A DNA stretch of 64,000 nucleotides from Tubulanus polymorphus (lineage: Eukaryota > Animalia > Nemertea), in NCBI RefSeq assembly GCF_964204645.1, contig NC_134025.1:26702299-26766298 (forward strand), given 5' to 3'. Under the pieces are notes generated by a model. The model searched no databases, was not told the origin of the DNA, and saw nothing but the letters and a program-made list of their open reading frames with translations. Positions 47,031 through 59,974 of the stretch are shown here, piece after piece; position 1 is the stretch's first letter; every line of letters starts with the position of its first letter. Both the position numbers and the translations under genes were made by a program.

Positions 47031-50000
47031 ATGTCAACATTACCAAGTAAAGGAGGTTTACCGCGGCCGTACACGCTGGGCACATTTCAAAAGAGATTAA
47101 ACGATTTTCAAGCGTTTATCAACGAAATAACCTTTCAGGATATTGAGGCCACCCCAGAAGAGAGGAGATTACTGATTACAGGTATTATGAAATCATAGTG
47201 AATTAGTTAGACTTTTTTCTAGAACCTCGCCTGTATATTGCATTAAAGGATCGAGGAATCATTATTTTCTTGAATTATTTACAGAGAGTCTTCGTTTTGA
47301 TCAGTTTTGCGACACCATACGATCGCTGTTTGGTTCTGAAGTTAGAAATAATGATTTGAAATTACTCTATCGAAAGATCTCGACCAATCCAGATGCTAAG
47401 ATTGACTGGAGTGAGGTATCATTAGATTTTCCAATATTTTCATCCCTTTCATTTAATTCAATCAATGATTGCTTCTAGCTGTCAACAAAATTCGTTTTAG
47501 TTATTTTTCCACACGGAAAATGAAGAACCACATTTAACTATCGAAGAAGATGTTACTGTATTCACGGTTTCTAAAAAGAGACGCATTGGCGAAGCAGCAG
47601 GTAATAATCTAACATCCAGTTTCAAGATTTCCACAGTATTTCTATATATTTTATGGACTCAAACGGAATCTCCAGCTCCAACCCCGGTGGTGGAATTAAT
47701 TCATCCCTCGAATCAAACGGATGGTTATATTCGATGTTATTTCAGTTAGAATGCGATCAATTTCTAGGGGACACGAGTTCAACTACATTGTTATAATACG
47801 ACAAATGGAAGTTAAATATTTATTGCCACACGAGCCCATCTCACTTTAACTTAGAGTATCGATATATAGACTACGAGCGCCTAGGTAATGCATCAGATAT
47901 CGGTGCATTAAAGGTTAATCACCATTGAAACCAATAAACAACGGTGTTTTCGTCTATAGGTGACAAGAAGAGAAGGGATGTCGTCCAAACAATTAAAGTC
48001 ACCCCTAGTCTGGAAGGTTTTCTAGTCACCTCTCAGAAAGGGACAATTTCTATCTGGACCAGTAAGGTAATAGTAATACACTTTCAGGGTCGAAAGTAAA
48101 AAAAAAGTTGGTGACTTATTCTATTGCCAACGAATGTACGAACTTGTAGTTTGTGAAATGATAGCCACAGATACAAAAGAAAAACGTTCGCCCTATTCGC
48201 CTATTAATCATAGTTTACAATGAACGAACGACCCGATTCAGATTACATTTTGTTCCAAAATAATGTATTCCGTGGAATAGTCGAAATCGTATTGAAACCA
48301 AAGGAAATCATTACTTTTCTCTTTTTTCTATTTCAGCTTCGTTTACAAACGTGTTGTGAGTTAAATGTAAGTGAAACAAGTTGGCAAATAAGAGATCGTA
48401 ACTTGATATATATTTTTCAATTGTACAAATCTCAAACAATTTTCGTGATTGCATTTATTTTTAAGCAAATAGGAAGAAAATGCTTAGCAGAATTCGTAAA
48501 TGTTTAATCGGTTTTGTAAATTACTCAAGCACTTGCCCAAATATTAAACGTGTTTTTGTGTATAACCTAGTTTCAATGAATAGATAACAGTTATATCATT
48601 CAGTTTATTTCGATTTTACGGTAAATGAAATCGAATCTTTCCCTGTAGTATTATAATCAACTCGTTTAATGACTGAAGGAGAATTGTCTGAAAGGCCGTC
48701 CGTTCTATAACATAAAATCCTGAAAGCCAAATAACGACATTTGGGTACGACGGGCCTGAAAAAAGACTTCAATGAAATGTTCTGAAAACTGTAACCGGTC
48801 TTCCCGAATAATGTCTATGTATATACGTACGAGTAAGAAAATATTAACAGATGGGAATTAAAACTAACAAATTATCAAATAAACATTTGATACGATACAC
48901 AAGGAGGGAACGGTGGGCTCATGATGGGGAAGGTTTTCTTTTTGTATGTACCTTATTGGGTTCGATGTTTTAGGAAAGTGCCTGGGTGACCGGCTGTGAT
49001 TATTTACCCGGAATCAGACGAGTTCTAGTCGCTTCTGAACGCAGTATTTCAATATGGGATAACCGCGCAAAAAGTAAAACTCAGGTATTGCCAAAACCAG
49101 TAATGAATTTGAACATTGTCTTACATGATATGATAAAGAATTGATGAAATTGATCATTATGGTTTTGTGATCGTTTTGAAGAACATTTTCACGATAAAAC
49201 CAATGCCGAGTGCGCCACAATGCGTGACATGGGTTCCGTGGACGAGCAACGCCATGGAAGACACGATTCTGTTCGGAGACGATCACGGTAACATCAATCT
49301 GATGACTATTGCATCGAAAGATCTCAACATGAAAAACTCGAAAGACGACAACAATAGTAAGAATCAAACGGAAGCGCCGAATCTCGTTATTGATCCAGAA
49401 AAATTGACCTAGTAAGTAAAATAAAAAAGTTTACGTTTGGAAAAATTACTTTTTTTGGCTGTCTGTAGACTTTGCCCATCGTATTGTTTTTTTAGCCCTA
49501 TTCATAAAAGAAAAATCCACGAAGACTGGGTAATCAAAGTAGGTTGATTCGATTTGTGTATTTCATATCTGAAATATGAAGTTACCGCAAAACATTTTTT
49601 TTTTCATATAGATTGACTACATTCCTGAATTAGGATGCTTCGCCTCTTGCTCGCCAAGCAGTTCAACATCTTTTGTCCTTGAAGAAATTGACCGCATAAT
49701 GGACAACGGGTACAATTCATAATCTCACCAAGAACCAAATTTTCGTCACATGAAAATGATATAATTATCATATCTTATCTTTTCCGTAAATTACAGTGAA
49801 ATTCGCGGCATGTCTTTAACGAAAGGAGTAAATGCATTTGCTTTCTGTAAAAGTGCGAATATGATAGCTACCGGTGGAGTGGATAAAATCATTCGAGTTT
49901 GGCATCCACACATCTTCTCCCGACCAACAGGTACACCTCTGCATTCTTCATTTTGTGCTCTCTCTAGTAATCACTGATTGATAATTTTTCGGTATCTCTC

Positions 50001-53000
50001 ACCGATGGGATCTCTTTCAGGAAAATTGTTAGGGCATCTATTCACGATTGTCGACATAGCAGTAAACGAGAAAGACCAACATATAATCAGTTTATCTACT
50101 GCTCGGGTGATTCGTGTCTGGGACATCAGCACATTGACTAGTTTACAGGTTTTCACTGATAACGAAGAAAGACCCGGGGAGAGACGAATTTATTCAATGG
50201 TATTTGATGATAAATCTGATCGATTACTCACAGGTATGATTTTTCTATATCGTGGCAGAAAAGATTCGAAAATTCCCCAATTGGAAGTATAAGGCACTTA
50301 TCTTTAGGTTATTTCAAGGGATTTTGAATGGAACTTTCATTCCAGGTTCCAGTGTGATAGACGCTTGGCCATTGACAAGAGCCGTTCAAGATACAATGCA
50401 AGTTCCGCATACTCACGATAGGCCCATCAATCAGGTAGGGTTCTGACAAAGCAAGTAATATGATTTTACATTGCTGGAAAGCATTTCACTCACGTGTTTA
50501 TTTCTATTCTCAGGTTTATTACAATAACGCCCTGAATCAAGTAATAACTGTTTGTACAGAATCTGTTATGAAAATCTGGGAAATGGAGTCAGGAAAATTC
50601 GTGTACGCAATCAAAGATCCTCACGGACCCGGAGTGGAGATGACAGCTCTTTGTTTCGACAAGACCGGATTTCGAATGGCCACTGGAGGATTTGATGGTA
50701 AACTTGAACATTCTCAATTTGATCACCGAGAAAAAAGGAGCGAATGAAAAATTATTTTTTGATTGTTCGATTCTAGGATCTATATGTATTTGGGACGTAG
50801 GAGCAGGGCAGAAAATTAAACATCGTAGTGGACGAAATACTGACGAGGATCTCAGTATCGTCGGCATGGCATACTATCAGGTCAGAGATAAAAGGTGCAT
50901 TGCGGTTGCTGGCTGGACAAATAAAATACGTCTATTAGTGGTAAGTAACGAACAAGGCCAAGTCATAATCCAGAGGTAATGAATGAAAAATTAGATAACA
51001 ACTCAATGATAATTTCATTGAAGGATTCGAATGAGGCGAATGATCTTCCGATTCTTCGTGAGTTTAATGATTTCTATCAGTGGCCGCACGACAGTTTTTG
51101 TTACCCGCCATTACAAGGAGAACAACGTCGGGATTCTTTGAATAAATTGGAACCATTGCCTGAAATAGGACATGCATCAGTGACTGATTTGTTTAGAAAG
51201 GTAATATGAATATTTCAATTAAAAAAACCCAGGTAAATCATTATTACGATTATTGATCTTAAAGCTTTTACCTTATGAAATACCCGAGAATGAGTTAACT
51301 TGCAATTACTTCTCCCTGATGGGATTGACATGAGTGTCGAATGTAAGACAGATTAAAATGACTGCTGCAGTTTTCCATTTCAGGAGTACATATTGACGAA
51401 TTACGAAATGGGATGTACAACTGTAAATAACGATAATCCCAATCAATTCATAACCAGTTGTGCTAATGGTCACACCATCATCTGGGACGTAGAAAATTCA
51501 TCTATAGATAAAATGTTAGTTTCCTCTATAGAAAATTGTCTGAACGGCTTTCTTTATTCTTTGTACATTTACATTTTGCTCTGTTTACATTTTTGAAGCA
51601 TTCAGAAATCCGAAGGTCCAGCGACACCGTCAATAAGTCATCATAGACGTAGGCAGGCGCTTCCATTCAGAATTCATAAAGTTGACGTTCTAATTCACAA
51701 AACCAGACGATTGGATCCAAAATATATCAAGTGAGTGAAATATATCTTTATTTCTTCTAGAAACTTCAAAACTATATTAGGTTCGGTCGATTAAAAACTT
51801 CACGATTTTAGGAGCTTACTGACTACCGACGATGCGCACAGTACATTGACGAGGAGTCGACAGAGATCACGGACAACATCGACGATGAAGAAACCATCCG
51901 AAAAAACTCCGGTATTTTCATATTAATTGCTTCTTTTTATTGAATAATACCTTGAAGGTAAAAATGTTGACGACCTGAGCTTGAGAACTGCTAACTGAGC
52001 ACTTTTAGCTGACATCTGATTCATTCCTATTGATTGATAGGCCAAAACGATATAGTAATTCGATATTCGATGTAACTGTGATAATTTCACAAAAGTTCAT
52101 CGTCAGTATTCTAACGATAGGAGGAGGCTGTTGATGAGACCATTGAAAAGACAACGGAGATTCCAGAATCAAATACAAATGCAGGAATCGCTGCTGAAAA
52201 TGGTAATGATATGATAAATGCATTGTGTACTATCGCTACATTTATATGTGATGTAACTTTTATAAGTAGGCCTACATATTCAAAATCCTCTTTTGTTTTC
52301 ACTCTCGTTCTTTCACGTTCGATTTTGTTTTGCTATAGAAATCCCTAGTAAATCTGGCCCGAGTCGAGATGAAACATATTCTAGAGTTGACGGTGGAAAG
52401 TCATCCGTGGACGAGAATCCCGAAGAGCACATGCTAGTCGAAGTATCTGCTCCGGTTATGGTTACTTGCCATCACGATTCATTCGTTAGATTTTGGAATA
52501 TGGAGGTGAGTGTAGTTGTATAAAGCTAAAATCTGAAATGCCATACGGCATACAAACATCTTACGTATTTTTTCAGGGTGAGATGTATCGGGAAATCACA
52601 CCAATGGCACGCTGTCACGGCTCACCAGTTACTGCAGTTTGTACAGATCAAGACTGTAACGTCATGGTGACAGGAGATTTAAGTGAGTTAACACTGTTGT
52701 TATAGGCTTATCACGTGACTCTTGGATTCAAATGTGATTTATCTGTTACGTACCATATTGATCTTTGTGTTCTAGAGGGTTACGTAGTTTTATGGGATAT
52801 TGGTAAATTCTTGGAAGATCCGAATTCCGAAGACCCCGTAAGTTCATTGACCTATTGCTTTTCTAGCTGCCCTCGAGTCTTTCTCATGATATTTTCAATT
52901 GACATCTTTAGGAGGCAATCAAACAGTTGATAAGTTGGAGAGCGCATTTGACTAAGATTGTATCATTGGTTTATGTTGATTCTAAGGAGACTATCATATC

Positions 53001-53931
53001 GGCTTCAACCGATGGATCGGTCAGGTATTACTGAACATCCATATTCAGAATCTATATATTTTTCTCGGATATTCTCTGAATATTTGTTATTTTGGCAGAC
53101 TTTGGTGGGGAAGAAAAGGTCGATTCGTCGGTTTCTTCGGACAAGTTCGTCCCTTGACATTCCCATCATCAGAATTAAACGCTGGAACTCCCACGTTACC
53201 ATATGACATCACAGAAGTAAGTAGCGTGTCGATCGCGACTTTCCCTTCCTATGCTTGTAATTCATTGCTCTTGCTAATGGTTATTTCAGGGTCCGTTGAT
53301 TCCCGCAAAACATAGCCTAGATCGGCAAAAGCTACCGACCCGAAAGTTTGAATATCCTTTAAAGTTTGACAACCAAAAGTGGCGACCTGTGTATAGTCCT
53401 ATGCGGTTGGGCGCCAGAAAACCGACTATCCTAGAAAAGAAGTTCTTCCGAGCTCTCATCAAGCCAAAGGTGACTGTACAGAACTATAATCAACGAGTCA
53501 CGAGTAAACTGCAGATTATGATATTTTCATTCAATCTCAGAAAAATAAACTTATCATTCAATTACATTGTGCATTATCTATAGGCATATAGAGATCATTT
53601 GGAGACGTTTACTACAGCGGAAATGAAATCAGGCGCAGTATTCAGAGCTTTACCAGTATATAGAGTATGTTCAACTCCTCTCTCTTTCTCTCTTAACTAC
53701 TATACAACAAATACATATAAGCTTAATAAAAATCAAATTTTCCGTTTATAGGTAAAAACCCCAGAGAAACCAAGCACACCACTAGAAATTAAAAGGAATG
53801 CCGCACGTTCGGATAATTTTGGGGCGATGTTGCCGATGAAAACTAGGCGGAGATCTATTGGAAGGATGAGCGTAGGTAGCAGAGCCCCATCTGTGTCCCC
53901 ACCACCATTTCGCAAATCAACTAATTTCTAA
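47031..53931 (+). CDS. WDR64: EF-hand/WD40 repeat protein, WDR64-like (WDR49/WDY/EFCAB8 group), many short exons
   Basis: LYRKISTNPDAKIDWSE, WVTGCDYLPGIRRVLVASERSISIWD, IATGGVDKIIRVWHPHIFSRPT|GKLLGHLFTIVDIAVNE, MTALCFDKTGFRMATGGFDG, SWRAHLTKIVSL. Ortholog assignment is from memory. Confidence 0.75.
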
Positions 53932-54121
53932 TCTCTTTAAGTATTAATCTAGTAAATTATGTATATAATGTACACTATCACTGTTGAGTTTGATGTTATT
54001 TTGACTATCTATCAATAAGAGAAAGAATCGTCTCTAGATTTGATAAAATGGCGGAAGTATTGATTAAAACTATCTTTTAAACATAATAAACCCAGTATTT
54101 TGTTTTATAGTTGCACAAATT

Positions 54122-55078
54122 TTATATTGGTGGCATGGCTCGTAAACTATATGGTTCTGTCACAGATTCGTTTATTTCGTTCACAAAATATGTTTGTAAT
54201 TTCATTCCGTCGAGTTTCAGCGTTTCTTCCATTATACCATTGATGAAACGGCGATGAACGAATGGGAATTTGTGTTTCAGACTAGAGCACTCCGTTTTTA
54301 CAACTTCTTGGAAGTTTTCAATCCTGTGACTCCAATAATGCGTTTGGCATTGATCAGAAAATCCGTACGTCAAGTGTAGATATTTCAGCGGTTTATTGGG
54401 CGAGTTTAACATTCTACCGTGGAATGGACGCTTATGCAATGGAAATATATCCGATTTGAGAAATTTCATATCTCCAAAATTTGGATTCGCGTCCATTATA
54501 TACGTGTCATCTTCAATGAAATATTGGAAATCGATGAACGGCCATGTCCACTGCCACGGAGTAATAATCCGTCCTTTGTTTCGCATGAATTTTGTCTGGA
54601 ATTTTCGTTGGACGACTCTATAAACCGGGCCTAGTTTTTGAAGTTCACGCGATAAAGTCTCCTTATATCTTATATTAGCAATGATGTCAATATCATCATC
54701 CCACGGAACCATTCCATGATGGCGCCAAGAACCCAGCAATGTTCCGCCATACATGAAATGCGTTATATTCATCCTTTCGCATATGTTTATTAATAAATCA
54801 AGTAGATCTAACAGCACCGCGTGATCAGATTGAGTCATAACAATAGGGGGAATGTTCGTTGCATTTGTAGCTGTTGTAGATGTCTTGTTACTTTCTGAAC
54901 TTTTTGTCGCATTTACGTTGGGCGATCTTCGTGAACTATTTAGTTTCCCAATCATACGGTTTCCACATGTGCAGATCCGAAGATGGTTTTCTTTCACGGG
55001 CCAGAATATGATGATTAGAAAAACCGTTGCAAATAAACAGAAGATCGAGTTATATCTCAGTTTTGGCAAGAACATCAT
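54122..55078 (-). CDS. LicD-family nucleotidyltransferase (FKRP/fukutin-like type II membrane protein), single coding exon
   Basis: N-terminal TM anchor, Ser/Thr/Asn stem, and the LicD signature YGGTLLGSWRHHGMVPWDDDID. Confidence 0.9.
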   Translation of the reverse strand: MMFLPKLRYNSIFCLFATVFLIIIFWPVKENHLRICTCGNRMIGKLNSSRRSPNVNATKSSESNKTSTTATNATNIPPIVMTQSDHAVLLDLLDLLINICERMNITHFMYGGTLLGSWRHHGMVPWDDDIDIIANIRYKETLSRELQKLGPVYRVVQRKFQTKFMRNKGRIITPWQWTWPFIDFQYFIEDDTYIMDANPNFGDMKFLKSDIFPLHKRPFHGRMLNSPNKPLKYLHLTYGFSDQCQTHYWSHRIENFQEVVKTECSSLKHKFPFVHRRFINGIMEETLKLDGMKLQTYFVNEINESVTEPYSLRAMPPI

Positions 55079-55528
55079 TCGTTTAACGACTGAAAATATG
55101 AAAGTAGTTCTATTTCGCTGCAGTCAAAGTATTAGAAACTCGAGCTGAAAAGGATCTCTTTATTATCTATTTTAAGAAATGTCGAAAGAAATTTGATTGA
55201 ATTACATACCTTAAATCCAGCGATCAGTCTAAATCAGTGTTTAGTCCGCTCGGCGCATCCTTGCCTCATATGAAAGCACGGATAGAAGACACAGGCATTT
55301 CCGCATGATCGTTTTGAGACAAGATAAGCACAAACTAATTCTATTATTCACCTTTTTTAATGAAATATCTTTTTTAAACATCTGTGACCAGGTTTAGTGG
55401 TTATCGAAGCAGAGTAAGTCGCATTGACTAACTTGATTAATTGAGTTTACACAAAGCAGAAATAAATCTTATGTTTCTTTTATTCATTACGCGTCTTGCT
55501 GAATGTCGATTAGAACGTCGCACGGGAA

Positions 55529-55816
55529 CTAGATTTTACAGAAAGTTTGATATCTCGTTGCAATGCCTTGATTTTGACAGCTTTTAACCGTTCCTATCGT
55601 TTGTCTCATGTAGCAGGTTTTGCTTTGGACAAAAAATGATCCACATCTACAATTTACGTCTTTGATGCAATACTCCATACATTCGACCATGCTTCGCAAA
55701 TGGCCGAACTCAGTTCCTTGTTGGTTGCCGTTGAAACAACGTCGTTCCAACATCATTCCAGCGTTATTTTGCGCCGATATTCCGTCTGCGATCCGGATGA
55801 AAATAACAGAACACAT
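55529..55816 (-). CDS. Small cysteine-rich PAN/apple-like protein
   Basis: SMVECMEYCIKDVNCRCGSFFVQSKTCYM fits the PAN CxxxC..C..F....C pattern. The N-terminus is weakly hydrophobic and may be incomplete. Confidence 0.55.
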   Translation of the reverse strand: MCSVIFIRIADGISAQNNAGMMLERRCFNGNQQGTEFGHLRSMVECMEYCIKDVNCRCGSFFVQSKTCYMRQTIGTVKSCQNQGIATRYQTFCKI

Positions 55817-56588
55817 ATCGAATAATCATAATTTCCAATTCTACCCAATTTATATTCAAATTTTGAGATTGAATTCTATGCTTACCTAAGGATATGAGAA
55901 ATAAGCTACATATGATAAAAACTACGTTTTTTCTATCCATACCCGATGATTTGTTGTTCTGACCGATTGATATCTCAAAAAAAGACGTTTAATCAAAAAT
56001 GTCTCATCGAATATCTGTGAACCACCGACGTGCTACTTCCATATACCTAATGGTATTTTTTATTCTGTTCATTAAATTGATGAAAGGCTTTAATGGGACT
56101 GCGATTTATTCTGAAGCGTTGGTGATTTTTTTCTCAAAATGAGCGGACTACACGCACGTCACTGCGAAAACAGATGCTATTGCATATGCATCCACTAATG
56201 CATCGAAACAACGGACTCTTGTTGTTTTAAGATGACGTCGGTGGGGAGTGAATTAATAGATTCATTAATACCTTGACAACACGTACTTAAATAAAATACT
56301 ATCAGATAGTTGTGCTCGGACTAGGCCTTCAATCATTATCAATTGATATAATTTGTGAATCACCAAGTAATGAATACTCCTATCATATTCAAAATAGCGA
56401 GATAAAGCAGAAAATATACAGAACTTGAATAAACTCAGAAAGCTATCAAAGCGAACCCATCATTAACAGGATTCGAACCCACTTAGACAAACCTCACCGC
56501 CGCCGCGCAACAACTGGGTTTTTTTACAAACCGGAAATATTATTTTATTGCTGTCGTTCTTTCTAAATTGTAAAGTCCTTATTTGACA

Positions 56589-59210
56589 ATGTTTACTGAA
56601 GTGATGGTGAATTGTTGGGCGTTTCAAGGGAAACATTTCCATTTAGAAGTTGAATCTGGTACAGACTTAATAACTCATTTCAGGGATAGACTGGTAAGAA
56701 AGCAATTGATAAGATTTCACCAAAAACCTTAGGGTAGTGTCTGATGTACCACACCATCACCACAAGACACGAACGACATTTTCTCGATACTCTTAAATCA
56801 CTGTGACTTTAAACCACCAGAAATCCAGTTTCACCAAACCGATTGCGAAAAATAAACTCTCTTTACAAACTTCATACATTCAGTTTTCTTATTATTATAT
56901 TCATTCGGAGGTTCCTTCATCATTCATAGTCCGTGCTTGATGCGATATAAATACAGAAATAGCAAAAATGACACCATTTTTTCACTTTGAAACTAGGCAT
57001 TGTAACACTGTAGTTCGTTAGCAACAAGACAACTTGAGCGATGCGTGTTTGATCGCTAAACAGCGCATCATTTTTGTATCTTACATTTAATCGTACTAAA
57101 ATCGGCTTTATCCTCAAACAAATATAATGAACAAACACAAAACGTCATAAGGTTAGTGTAGATAGTTTATTTATCAAAATCGGTTGTTTATTTGCTGAGA
57201 TATCGCAGTTTGAACACAGGTAAAAATGCCGACAGTAGTTCTGTCGGCAAAAGTCACGCGAATTTGAATGAACGTGTCTTGGTGGGTGGTTACACAGGAT
57301 CGTAGAGCAACGTAGATACACTGTGGAGACAGCCACACTGCCAGGACTGGGTGAAGATAAGATATGCCTACATATACATACAAAACAGTTATTCACCATC
57401 TGATCAATTCAAATCAACAACATCATTTATTAATTTTCAGGGATTGGTTGATTTCTATATTACTTGCAATGGAAAGATTATAGATGTTGATGCTGATCTG
57501 AAATCAAATGGCATCTATCATGTCATTCCCAGATTGCCTGGAGGAAAAGGAGGTAATTGTTAAAAAGAACAATTTATAAATTGCCATTTAATTTTCTATC
57601 ATTTCGAACTATTCTTATTCTCTCCATTTTTATGTAGGATTTGGATCTATGCTTCGAGCAATCGGTGCCCAGATCGAGAAAACCACGAGTCGTGAAGCCT
57701 GTCGTGATTTAAGCGGGCGTCGGATGAGAGATGTGAACAATGAAAAAAAGTAAAATGATGGCCCTAGATACTTTTTACAAAGTGGCCACTTTTTAATATC
57801 TCCTGTAAGAATGAATTTGTTTGGCTATTCTTACACGCTAGTGAGGTTGAATCCCAATTGAAATCGTGGTTATTTCTCAAGAGTTTTTCTTAGTGCAGCA
57901 TAGAAATAGCCGGAAGTTAATTCAAATGAAAAAAGCCACTTTGATACTATCAATAAAACAAATATTCAAACCTAGTCCTCTACGGCTACTCACAAATGCT
58001 GAATTCTATTGCAGGCTTAAGGAATGGATCAGTAAGAAAGCGGACAGAGAACGAGAAAAAGAAGAAAAACGCAAAGAAAGATTTGAAAGACGTCGTGCGG
58101 TACCTAACCATAAATTTGATGATCCTCAGTACGATCAACAAAAAGCTAAAGTCAAAGACAACCTCGAAGACGCGCTTCAAGCAGGTATTGATTTTTCGAA
58201 TTAAGATATCATACATTTAATTATGGTTTAAATATTCTCTGCATATGTTAAGGTTCTTTAATTAAGGTTTAAAGAAATCGTCGCAAGCCACAGTTTCTTC
58301 ATCGTCCACAACATCGGAATCTCGAAAGAGGAAGAGTGATAGTGAAATCGAACACGACCGTGACCTCAAGAAAAAGGCTGTAGAATGGTATGTCAGTCAT
58401 TGTACTGGTTTTCTTACCGCAATGTTATTTGTAACGAATGAATTTAATTACAATTGTTGACTACTATGGTACTCAATTTAGGCTTGGAATGTCAGTCGAA
58501 AATCTTAGTGATTTGGATACAAGTTCAGATGATTCAGATTCAGATACAGCTCAGCCCTCCAGTAGTAGAAGTAGTAGCACTTCAGCTCAGGCTGAACAGT
58601 CAAATGAAGAGGAAAAAGAGAAAAGAAATGCCGATGATACACATGAAATCGAACAGAAAGGAGAAAGTGAATGTATCACATCAGCTGATGGTCAAACTAG
58701 TGTGGATACAAATGTCTCAGATGAAGTAAAAGAATCGGAATCAGGCTTACTGACTGCTCTGAAAGCCATTCCACCCACGTCTAATCAACAGCAGGTGTGT
58801 AGGATTTTACTGTGCACAACCATAGTTTTATTTGCTCAAGTATGAGTTTTTCTCTTCCATTTCGTCTGTGAGCAAGTAGTGGAATTAAACAACTCAATTT
58901 GATAGACCTTATGCTGCAGGCTTTGAAATGTTAAATGGAGCTTGAAAGTAATGTCATGTTCATATTTTTTCGCTAGGAGGCGCAAATAATGGATATATTT
59001 GAACCTATAGATTTGGATGGATTTATATCTGCTGAACAGTTGAAAGAATGTGGACTCGAACGATTAAAGCAAGATCTTATATCTCGTGGATTGAAATGTG
59101 GAGGAACTCTCGACGAACGCGCGTCAAGATTATACTCTGTAAAGGGATTAAGTAGTGATCAGTATCCAGCAGCTCTGAAAGCCAAACCTGTCAAAGGAAA
59201 AAAACGTTGA
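56589..59210 (+). CDS. SDE2: Splicing regulator / replication stress response protein SDE2
   Basis: UBL followed by PRLPGGKGG|[36 protein letters not shown]; C-terminal SAP-like [32 protein letters not shown]. Confidence 0.95.
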
Positions 59211-59413
59211 ATTCTTTGTGAAATTTTTTGTATCGGGAATAAACATCTGTGAGAATAGTTATATTATCATCTTTAGTCCATTAAAGTCAAATAACGTGGT
59301 GGAGGAGTTAACCGTCATCTGGACGGTTCAAAGTCCACAGTTTACAGACGACTTGCCTCGGAAAACAATTGGCAAGACGAACAATTTTTCTCATCAATCG
59401 CAACTCAGACTTA

Positions 59414-59577
59414 GGGGTCATTCATTTATTACGTACGCATTAGGGGAGGGGGAGGGGTCAGTGCAATTTCGTACTGTAATGCTTAATGTATATGAAAAAA
59501 TGGCCGATTTTGCGTACGGAGGGGGAGGGGGGTTGAAAATTTCAAATTTTATGCGTACGTAATAAATGAATGATCCC
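59414..59577. mobile_element. PIF/Harbinger-type MITE with TTA TSD
   Basis: TTA|GGGGTCATTCATTTATTACGTACGCAT ... ATGCGTACGTAATAAATGAATGATCCC|TTA (27-bp TIR, one mismatch). Confidence 0.9.
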
Positions 59578-59974
59578 TTAACCAGCCGAAACCTAAACTG
59601 AGAACAAACAAACATTCATTAATGCGTTCAATAAATATATTTCTAGAATTGATACATATATCAAACTAAATCATCACAAAATATCAACATAACATTGTAC
59701 CCCGATGAAATAAATAGTATCGGGTTATTTCTGAATTAGAAAGCAGTTCAATAGGAAAACTAGTTGATATTATCACAGCATTATCAATTTACCAGCGTAA
59801 TAAATAATATCACATACAATCTGAGAAATTAAATAAATAAGATATTCATAGGGAAGAATTGCATCTATTGCTTCCTGCTGATTCACATTTTTCACACCTT
59901 TGTGAACACATCTAAAGACGATCTCTTTAAAACAAATGCAGATCATCTGAAACAACAATTATAAAATTATTTCA

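Noticed and set aside
57227-57250. Hairpin TGCCGACAG-TAGTT-CTGTCGGCA in SDE2 intron 1
   Set aside because: An isolated 9-bp stem with no other ncRNA features; probably a transposon remnant.
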